NCBI RefSeq assembly: GCF_000284455.1
Contig: NC_017039.1
Coordinates: 600,001-632,000 of the forward strand
Source of the DNA: Synechocystis sp. PCC 6803 substr. PCC-P
Lineage (GTDB): Bacteria > Cyanobacteriota > Cyanobacteriia > Cyanobacteriales > Microcystaceae
Length of the DNA: 32,000 nucleotides
Direction: 5' to 3'
Shown piece after piece: positions 25,001 to 32,000 of the stretch. Under the pieces are notes generated by a model. The model had not been told where the DNA came from. It did not search any database and saw nothing but the letters and a program-made list of their open reading frames with translations. Each line of letters starts with the position of its first letter. The first letter of the stretch is position 1. Made by a program: the position numbers and the translations under genes.

Positions 25001-26383
25001 CTAAAGACCAGTTAACTTTTCCCCCCGCAGGGACAGATCAAGCAATTGGATGGGATGAATAACCCCTAGATTCTGGCCTTGTTTTCCCAGATGTTTTTGG
25101 ATTTGCAAAGAGCAGCCAGGGTTGGCGGAAATGATTAATTGGGCACCGGTTTGACAGAGATTGTTAACTTTTTGCTGCCCCAGTTCCTCTGCTACGGCTG
25201 GTTGGAGCATGTTATAGACCCCGGCACTGCCACAACAGAGGGCCGCATCCAAGGGCTCCCGCAACTGTAAATGGGGAATTTGGGCAATCAACTGTCGGGG
25301 TTGGAGACTAATTTTTTGACCATGGATCAGATGGCAAGCATCTTGATAAACCACAGGGGTTAATTCCTCAGTGACGGGGTGGAGGGTTTGATTTAACCCT
25401 ATCTCCATCAGAAACTCATTAATGTCTCGTACTTTACTAACAAAGGCTTGGGCTTTGGGTAAATATTCAGCATCGTCGGCCAAGATATGATGATATTCCT
25501 TCAGTGTGTGACCGCAACCGGCGGCATTAATAATGATGTAGTCCACCTCCGTATTAGCAAAACTGTCGATCATTTGTCTGGCGATCGCCTCGGCTTGATC
25601 TGTTTGGCCTTGGTGGGCGGGGAGGGCGGCGCAACAACCTTGGGATTGGGGAATCACTACTTCGCAACCATTGGCAGTTAAAACCCGGACAGTGGCTTCA
25701 TTGACGGGGGAGAAAAATAATCTTTGTACACACCCAAGAATTATCCCCACTCGGTAACGCTTTTCCCCCTGGGCAGAAATTTCCGTTGGATAATTATCCC
25801 GAAAAGAAGCGGCGGTCACCCTGGGCAAAATACTTTCCATGGCCGCTAAACGGGGAAAAAATCTGCTCAATAAGCCCGTTGCTTGCACTAATTTTTGCAA
25901 ACCACAATTTTGGTAGACCCAGAGCAGGGGCAACAATAACCGCAACCGCCAGGGATAGGGAAATAAGTTAAAAATGATCCCCCGCAAGAGGCGATCGCCA
26001 AAGGGACGGTCATGATTTCGTTCCACCTGGGGCCTGGTGGCGGAGATCAACTGGTCATACTGCACCCCCGAAGGACAGGCACTGACACAGGCTAAGCAAC
26101 CTAAACAACTGTCAAAATGCTGGATGGTGGTGGCATCTAAACTGGCTTGGCCTTGGTTAATGCCATTCATTAGATAGATGCGGCCCCGGGGGGAATCGGT
26201 TTCCTTGCCAATGACCCGGTAGCTCGGGCAGGTATTCAAACAAAAACCGCAATGGACACAGCTATCCAACACGGCCTGGGGAGGGGGATTTTGGGAATCA
26301 AAGCCGATTTTGGGCTGGTTGACGGCCTGGGCCAAGGCGGTGAAGGAGGGAGGAGCCGACATAGGGACCATGGGGAAAAACAC
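25001..26383 (-). CDS. glcF: Glycolate dehydrogenase/oxidase iron-sulfur subunit GlcF
   Basis: 460 aa (GTG at 26383; an alternative ATG at 26371). Two ferredoxin-type clusters are present (CVHCGFCLNTCPSY, CLGCLACVSACPSG), along with two CCG-type Cys-rich domains (GCCAALPAHQG, ALCCGSAGVYN, NPGC). Recalled as sll1831. Confidence 0.88.
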   Translation of the reverse strand: MFFPMVPMSAPPSFTALAQAVNQPKIGFDSQNPPPQAVLDSCVHCGFCLNTCPSYRVIGKETDSPRGRIYLMNGINQGQASLDATTIQHFDSCLGCLACVSACPSGVQYDQLISATRPQVERNHDRPFGDRLLRGIIFNLFPYPWRLRLLLPLLWVYQNCGLQKLVQATGLLSRFFPRLAAMESILPRVTAASFRDNYPTEISAQGEKRYRVGIILGCVQRLFFSPVNEATVRVLTANGCEVVIPQSQGCCAALPAHQGQTDQAEAIARQMIDSFANTEVDYIIINAAGCGHTLKEYHHILADDAEYLPKAQAFVSKVRDINEFLMEIGLNQTLHPVTEELTPVVYQDACHLIHGQKISLQPRQLIAQIPHLQLREPLDAALCCGSAGVYNMLQPAVAEELGQQKVNNLCQTGAQLIISANPGCSLQIQKHLGKQGQNLGVIHPIQLLDLSLRGEKLTGL

Positions 26384-26450
26384 TGTCCCCTATGATCACA
26401 CTTTTTTCTAGTCTGAAACCGTCAACTTACCCTTAACTTAATCAATGGCC

Positions 26451-27527
26451 TCAGTAGCGTAAAACCAAGGCAATACGTTGATGTTGAGAGAGGGTGCCAT
26501 CTTCGACTAAAGCCACTTCCCCACCATTGGCTAACACCACTTCGATGATTTCGTCCACTGCGTCGTCGATGACTTCCGTGCCACCGGGTTCCGCCACCAA
26601 TTCAATGCCTCCGTTAGTGGAGATAATGGCAGGCTCATGGTAGCTTTTCTCCACCACCAGCAATTTACCTCGACCTTCCTGGGCTAAACGCCAGGCTTCC
26701 CCCACGGTGGAAACAAATTTTTGCGCACTAACTGCTTCATCCAAGGAGGTTAAGGCTTGATTTTGTTTAGCTTCCCTGACCGTTTGCATAATCTCCCACA
26801 CCTGGGGGGTAAGTTCGCTGATGCTGGCCCGGTCAAAATTCCCCAGTAACGTACCGGCGATCGCCGCTGAATGCTGGGACACTTCTTGGAAAAAGGACAC
26901 TAAACGATCCACACCGCCCACCACTAACGGTAAATTTTCCCCTTCGTTATAGGTACTAAAAGCCCGGTCCACTTCCTGGATAAAACGACGCTGGCGATCG
27001 TCTCGATAACTGGAATCAGTGTCCGCTGGTAACGCTTCTGTTCCCCCAGGTCCCGTCATGGCCAAGGTGAAGTAATCATCTTCCACTTCCTCCAAAATAT
27101 CCCCAGTACCGGCCAGTAAACGACTTGATCCTCGGCTCAATAACAGTACCCAATATTGCAATTGCCGATGCAAACCATAGACCAAATCCCTGGTGGCGAA
27201 GGTTTTATCGATCACAACTCGAGCTTGAACAGGAAATGGTAAATAGTACAATTTGGCAAAATCGTGGCTCACATACAAAGCCAAACCACAAAGACCATAA
27301 CTGTAATCAATAGTCTCCACCAAGTTGTCTAAATTCTTTAGCAGAGGCTCCAATTCCCGCTGGGAATACTCTTCCCCCAATCGAGTTTTAGCTTCACTAA
27401 CCAAATTCTTAACCACAATGGGGTCTTGTTTATTGCCCGGGGAAGTGCGGTGGGTGGGCAGCAGAATGGAGAGGGCGGGAACAGGAGTTAAGGACTGTAA
27501 CTGCTTGAGGTCCTGACGATTGATCAT
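26451..27527 (-). CDS. Bacterial eRF1/Dom34(Pelota)-like protein (baeRF-type), function unknown
   Basis: 358 aa. N-terminus: DLKQLQSLTPVPALSILLPTHRTSPGNKQDPIVVKNL. Centre: LPLVVGGVDRLVSFFQEV. C-terminus: EAWRLAQEGRGKLLVVEKSY...VLANGGEVALVEDGTLSQHQRIALVLRY, which resembles the end of eRF1 domain 3 (GGIGAILRY type). No GGQ anywhere. CDS confidence is higher than the family call (about 0.5). Confidence 0.7.
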   Translation of the reverse strand: MINRQDLKQLQSLTPVPALSILLPTHRTSPGNKQDPIVVKNLVSEAKTRLGEEYSQRELEPLLKNLDNLVETIDYSYGLCGLALYVSHDFAKLYYLPFPVQARVVIDKTFATRDLVYGLHRQLQYWVLLLSRGSSRLLAGTGDILEEVEDDYFTLAMTGPGGTEALPADTDSSYRDDRQRRFIQEVDRAFSTYNEGENLPLVVGGVDRLVSFFQEVSQHSAAIAGTLLGNFDRASISELTPQVWEIMQTVREAKQNQALTSLDEAVSAQKFVSTVGEAWRLAQEGRGKLLVVEKSYHEPAIISTNGGIELVAEPGGTEVIDDAVDEIIEVVLANGGEVALVEDGTLSQHQRIALVLRY

Positions 27528-27673
27528 TTTGTCTTTACATAGGTCGATCCCCTAAGCTTACTGCCGGGGTCAGCAATGCTAACATTAAGAAAAATGTCGC
27601 GGTTTTTACATTTCTTTAAGTTTTAGGTAGTTAAAAATTCTAGTCAAAAGTCCATAAATCCCCCGCTAGCACC

Positions 27674-29374
27674 GTGCCTAACCCCAAACCCCTGCCACCC
27701 CAATCTGAATTGGATAATATTCGTCGCTACAATGCCCAGGCGATCGCCAACTATTACCGTCGTCGTCCCTGGAAAGTGCTATGGCGGGCCTTGGAAGTAG
27801 TTTGGTCCTTTGGTTTTTTCCTCACCTGTTTGCTCTGGGATCAGTGGACTGGTCAAGTGGAATACTACAAACGGCAACGGGCGGAGGATTTACGGGAATT
27901 GTTGACCAAACTGGGCCCCACTTTTATTAAAGTCGGCCAGGCTCTCTCCACCCGACCGGATCTGGTGCGGCGAGATTTTTTAGAAGAATTAATCAAACTC
28001 CAGGATCAATTACCCCCGTTCGATAACGACTTGGCTTTCCAGCTAATGGAAGAGCAACTGGGCATGAAAGTAGACGAAGCCTACCGGGAAATTTCTGCCC
28101 ATCCCGTGGCCGCGGCTAGTTTGGGGCAAGTGTACCGAGCGATGCTATTTAGTGGTGAAGAAGTGGCAGTAAAAGTACAACGGCCCAATTTAAGACCAAG
28201 GCTGAGTCTAGATTTATATTTGATGCGGTTGGGAGCACAGAAATTCGGGCGCTTTTTACCTTTAAATTTAGGTCATGACTTAACCTTAATTGTGGATGAA
28301 TTTGGTATTAAACTGTTTGAAGAAATTGATTATTTGAACGAAGGTCGCAACGCTGAAAAATTTGCGGAAAATTTCCATGGGGATGCGGAAGTCAAAGTCC
28401 CTTGCATTTATTGGCAATACAGTAATCAAAAAGTTCTCACCCTCGAATGGATTCAAGGTTTTAAATTAACTGATACAGATAAAATTCGGGCGGCGGGCCT
28501 CGACCCCAGTGATATTATTCGGATTGGGGTTACTTCGGGTTTAAGACAACTGTTGGAACATGGTTTTTTCCACGCCGATCCCCATCCCGGAAATCTTTTT
28601 GCTACCCTAGATGGTCGCATGGCCTATATCGACTTCGGCATGATGGATCAACTGGAGCCAGGGACAAAAGAAACCATTGCCAGCTCCATTGTCCAGCTAA
28701 TTAACAAGGATTACCTGGCCCTCACAGAAGACTTTATTGCCCTCGGTTTTCTTGCCCCCAACACGGACATTACCCCCATCATTCCTGCCCTAGAAAATGT
28801 TTTTGGTAGCGCCATTGGTCAAAGTGTCCAAGACTTTAACTTTAAAACCATCACCGACGATTTTTCTGAGTTGATGTACGATTACCCTTTCCGGGTTCCG
28901 GCCAAATTTGCCTTGATTATTCGTTCTTTGGTCACCCAGGAAGGATTAGCTTTAAGCTTAGATCCTAATTTTAAAATTGTTGAAGTGGCCTATCCCTACG
29001 TGGCCCGGCGTTTATTAACCGGAGAATCACCCCAACTACGTCGTCAACTCATTGATGTGCTGTTTAAAAATGGCAAATTCCAATGGCAACGGTTGGAAAA
29101 TATGCTCAGCATTGCCCGTTCGGACACCAAATTCGATCTTCTGCCCACTGCCCAATTAGGTTTGCAATTCCTTTTTTCCGAGGAAGGTCTATATTTACGG
29201 CGGCAAATTTTACTAGCTTTAACGGAAGATGATCGCCTCCATACCGATGAAGTACAACGGATTTGGGGTTTGGTAAAAGATGACTTTAAGCCCCAGGAAC
29301 TGGTCAATGTCGCCTGGAATGCAGTGCGGGAATTTTCCCTGGCCGGCGTGAGCACCATTCTGCCGCAACGATAA
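27674..29374 (+). CDS. ABC1/UbiB-family atypical protein kinase
   Basis: 566 aa with a GTG start. Motifs: LGPTFIKVGQALSTRPDL, AAASLGQVYRA, VAVKVQRP, FFHADPHPGNL, IDFGMM. Recalled as slr1919. Confidence 0.92.
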   Translation: MPNPKPLPPQSELDNIRRYNAQAIANYYRRRPWKVLWRALEVVWSFGFFLTCLLWDQWTGQVEYYKRQRAEDLRELLTKLGPTFIKVGQALSTRPDLVRRDFLEELIKLQDQLPPFDNDLAFQLMEEQLGMKVDEAYREISAHPVAAASLGQVYRAMLFSGEEVAVKVQRPNLRPRLSLDLYLMRLGAQKFGRFLPLNLGHDLTLIVDEFGIKLFEEIDYLNEGRNAEKFAENFHGDAEVKVPCIYWQYSNQKVLTLEWIQGFKLTDTDKIRAAGLDPSDIIRIGVTSGLRQLLEHGFFHADPHPGNLFATLDGRMAYIDFGMMDQLEPGTKETIASSIVQLINKDYLALTEDFIALGFLAPNTDITPIIPALENVFGSAIGQSVQDFNFKTITDDFSELMYDYPFRVPAKFALIIRSLVTQEGLALSLDPNFKIVEVAYPYVARRLLTGESPQLRRQLIDVLFKNGKFQWQRLENMLSIARSDTKFDLLPTAQLGLQFLFSEEGLYLRRQILLALTEDDRLHTDEVQRIWGLVKDDFKPQELVNVAWNAVREFSLAGVSTILPQR

Positions 29375-29499
29375 TTTTTCCTGCTTGTTGGCGGATGAAT
29401 AGAGTTTAAGCAATCATAACGCTTGATGTTACAAAACGTCGGCGGCTTTTTAAGCTATCATAATAGCCTTACTTTCATCTGTCCTAGGGAAGAGTTGAT

Positions 29500-30606
29500 A
29501 TGTTTCTCAAGATTTTTCAAAAGAAGAACAATATTGATGCTACCCCAGAGGCTCCGGCCCCCGAGGAACAGAATGCCAAATCTACCTTGCCTGGTGTGCC
29601 AAGGGTGCCCATTGAAGAGCAAAAGCTTCTCCGTCGTCAGTGCAAACAGTTTGTCATTGATGAATTTGGTAAGTCTGTCATTAATCTTCGTCTCCAGAAG
29701 GGCATACTAACTCCTCTACACATTGTTGATCTTCATAAGGTGGTAGTGCCCCGGGAGTATTATCAAAATCCCCAGCGTTTGATTGAGCAAAGGGTACAAG
29801 AATGTTTGGAAATCCATCGCCAAAATCTGGGACAAAAACTTTATCGAGAATCTTTTAACCTTCAGCCGGGACATCTATTAGTTGCGATTAAGGACATTCG
29901 CAAAAAATCGATTGTATCTTTCAAGGATTACGCTGATAACCTGGACAAATTTTTAGAAATTTTTAACCCCGCTATCCATCAACTGCTACTAATTCGTTAC
30001 TTCATTCCCCCAGTTCCGGATGATATGCATCAGTTTGATAATATTGAACTGCCGCCTCAATTTGAGAAAATTTTGACTGATGTGATCAACTTTTGTGACC
30101 TCAATTATAGTCTGGATAATTTGACCTACGACAAATGGCAGGCTTTAGTCCATGCCCTAGATGAGACCGGGGTTAGCCTCAATTTAGTTAATAAACACCA
30201 GGAGTATCCTTTCCGGGAGATGTTTACCTTTGACTACGGAGAAATTGGCTACCGTAAAGTGTTAGCTAAATTATTACTAAAGGAAAAAGTGGAAAAACGA
30301 ACAGTGGTAATTCCCCTATTTGTGATTATGTTAGCTTTCTTTTGTTCGGAACCCAATGCCAGAGTTAGTTTTCCCTACCATTTTCTCTTTACTGCCACGG
30401 GGGATGCTAAGAAGCGTTCCATGGAAAAAGGTAAAATATCCTTCTTTAAGCTCTTTAATCAATTGTTGGATGAATCCTTAACCCAGGATCAACTAAGCAA
30501 GTGTTTAGCTGTAATTCACAATGAAGTTTTCCAAATTCACCAAATGGAAATTGATGATTTGCTCCTCGGTTACCGGCAAAAGCACAATGCCATGAGCGGA
30601 GTTTAA
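29500..30606 (+). CDS. Orphan hypothetical protein (368 aa), low-GC
   Basis: Long uninterrupted ORF in an AT-rich segment. No motif recognised. There is one hydrophobic stretch (VVIPLFVIMLAFFC). Recalled as slr1920 (unknown protein). Confidence 0.6.
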   Translation: MFLKIFQKKNNIDATPEAPAPEEQNAKSTLPGVPRVPIEEQKLLRRQCKQFVIDEFGKSVINLRLQKGILTPLHIVDLHKVVVPREYYQNPQRLIEQRVQECLEIHRQNLGQKLYRESFNLQPGHLLVAIKDIRKKSIVSFKDYADNLDKFLEIFNPAIHQLLLIRYFIPPVPDDMHQFDNIELPPQFEKILTDVINFCDLNYSLDNLTYDKWQALVHALDETGVSLNLVNKHQEYPFREMFTFDYGEIGYRKVLAKLLLKEKVEKRTVVIPLFVIMLAFFCSEPNARVSFPYHFLFTATGDAKKRSMEKGKISFFKLFNQLLDESLTQDQLSKCLAVIHNEVFQIHQMEIDDLLLGYRQKHNAMSGV

Positions 30607-30656
30607 GTTGTTTTCCGATTAAACTTGAATGTCCAACTTGTCTTAAATTGGTCTGT

Positions 30657-31694
30657 TTAAGTAACCGAGTCGATTTCAATGCTCCCTTTGCCGTCCTTGC
30701 CATCCCCTTGGCGATCGCCGTTATTGGAGCTGTAGGGATTAGCGAATAACCTTTCCGGGTCGAGGGCATCGGGATGGGTAGAAAATTGGGGCAATACTTC
30801 CCGAATGAAAGCGGCGGAAGCCTTAGAACGGTAACGGTTAGGGTTAATGATGACGGAAAGAACCCGGCGAATTTCCACATTTTTAATCGGAGCGATATGG
30901 AGCACATTCATCTCCAATTCCTTTTCGATTGCCGTGGTGGAGACAAAGGCCGCCCCCAAACCAGACTGCACCGCATTTTTAATCGCCTCAATGGAGTTAA
31001 GTTCCATTTCAATTTTGAGACGCTTGGTATCAATTTCCCCCTGGCTCAACACCTTATCAATCACTTTGCGGATGGTGGACTGGGAATCGAGGCTAATAAA
31101 CTTGAGCTTGTATAAATCTTCTTTTTGGATAGTCTCTGCCTGGGCTAGGGGATGGAGCACCGGCAAAATCAAGGCCAATTCGTCTTCAGCGTAGGGCAAC
31201 ACGGTCAGAGTTTCCTGCAACTCCGCCGGTACTTCGCCGCCGATAATGGCCAAATCCACCTGGCCATTGGCCACGCCCCAAGCTGTCCTACGGGTGGAAT
31301 GGACCTGTAATTGCACCGTTACGTCAGGATATTGCTGCCGGAACATGCCGATCATCCGAGGTAGGAGGTAGGTGCCCGTAGTTTGGGAAGCCCCCACAAT
31401 CAGGGTGCCTCCTTGTAAATTCTGTAAATCTTCGATCGCCCGACAGGTTTCTTGGCAGAGGGTAATAATCTTTTCGCCGTAATTGAGGAGCAAATGCCCT
31501 GCCTCCGTCAACTGGGCCTTGCGTCCTCCCCGGTCGAATAGGGGCACACTCAACTGTTTTTCCAGGTTTTGCACCTGCAAACTAACCGCCGGTTGGGAAA
31601 CGTACAATGTGTCTGCCGCCCGTTTAAAACTGCCTTCCGAGGCGATCGCCTTGAGGATGCGAAGTTGATCCAGCGTGAACGGGATATCCGACAT
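30657..31694 (-). CDS. rbcR: LysR-type transcriptional regulator RbcR (Ycf30-like)
   Basis: I start at the ATG at 31694 ([48 protein letters not shown]); the track start is a TTG at 31706. A LysR substrate-binding domain follows, then a C-terminal extension of about 30 aa rich in G/D/K ([22 protein letters not shown]). Recalled as sll0998. Confidence 0.9.
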   Translation of the reverse strand: MSDIPFTLDQLRILKAIASEGSFKRAADTLYVSQPAVSLQVQNLEKQLSVPLFDRGGRKAQLTEAGHLLLNYGEKIITLCQETCRAIEDLQNLQGGTLIVGASQTTGTYLLPRMIGMFRQQYPDVTVQLQVHSTRRTAWGVANGQVDLAIIGGEVPAELQETLTVLPYAEDELALILPVLHPLAQAETIQKEDLYKLKFISLDSQSTIRKVIDKVLSQGEIDTKRLKIEMELNSIEAIKNAVQSGLGAAFVSTTAIEKELEMNVLHIAPIKNVEIRRVLSVIINPNRYRSKASAAFIREVLPQFSTHPDALDPERLFANPYSSNNGDRQGDGKDGKGSIEIDSVT

Positions 31695-31902
31695 AGATCC
31701 AGCCAAACGATGAACAAGACAGGGACAGCCCTATTGCACTGACAGTACCACAATTAGAGCCTTTGCAACGGTATCGCCCAGGGTCTAATTCGTTAATGGG
31801 AACCTAGTTAATATCAGGACTGATCCCGCTTAAAAAAAAGTTAATCTACTATGGTCGACGCAAAAAAGAGGGCAGTTGATTCACTCCCTCCCTTTGCAAA
31901 AT

Positions 31903-31916
31903 CCACCAAATGGTGG
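31903..31916 (-). terminator. Weak candidate terminator hairpin for the gene entering from the right edge
   Basis: CCACCA-AA-TGGTGG is a perfect inverted repeat. On the minus strand it is followed by ATTTTG. It lies 18 nt downstream of the putative stop at 31936-31934. The loop is very small, so the effective stem is about 5 bp. Confidence 0.3.
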
Positions 31917-31933
31917 TTATTAGCTTATTTTTG

Positions 31934-32000
31934 CTACTCCGCCGACCCCAGCTGGGCGCTAAAGCCTTCAGCATTAAACACCCTGGTCAAAGTGAAACTA
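31934..32000 (-). CDS. Possible 3' end of a CDS continuing beyond the window
   Basis: The minus-strand frame is open from the window edge (..SFTLTRVFNAEGFSAQLGSAE) to a TAG at 31936-31934. Only 21 codons are visible, so support is weak. Confidence 0.3.
   Translation of the reverse strand, partial: SFTLTRVFNAEGFSAQLGSAE

Overview
This 32-kb chromosomal window looks like Synechocystis sp. PCC 6803. The gene order, the density of the HIP1 octamer GCGATCGC (at least 24 copies) and an ISY100 element all point that way. I recall the region as sll1933...sll1929 / slr1906...slr1920 / sll1835...sll1830 / sll0998, but locus tags, gene names and literature are from memory and cannot be checked here. 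I support about 30 protein genes. On the minus strand: a dnaK-dnaJ paralogue pair, glyA, and comEC. comEC sits between two inverted, degenerate IS1-family remnants, and an ISY100 copy lies 2 nt past its stop codon. On the plus strand: a GNAT acetyltransferase translationally coupled to an unknown ORF, an SLH/OprB-type porin with a clean intrinsic terminator, and a likely operon of a NarL-type response regulator, an AMIN-domain amidase and a hypothetical. Further along: a STAS anti-sigma antagonist, a CsgG-family periplasmic protein next to a TM2+SHOCT membrane protein, and two tandem alpha/beta hydrolases followed by a J-like (HPD-less) membrane protein. The last third holds ftsI preceded by an FtsL-like bitopic ORF, glcF, an eRF1/Dom34-like protein, an ABC1/UbiB kinase, an AT-rich orphan ORF and the LysR regulator RbcR. 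I saw no rRNA, tRNA or CRISPR array. The observations I rate highest are: (1) the eRF1/Dom34-like (baeRF-type) protein upstream of glcF; (2) exact or near-exact complements of the Yfr1 sRNA undecamer over the ribosome-binding sites of the STAS gene and the porin gene; (3) the IS architecture around comEC, including an ISY100 copy that needs a -1 shift in an A9 tract; (4) a ComEC whose metallo-beta-lactamase-like domain has lost all catalytic histidines; (5) a lipobox-less CsgG homologue with no curli genes nearby; (6) a low-GC orphan gene. Family calls rest on motifs read by eye, not on searches.
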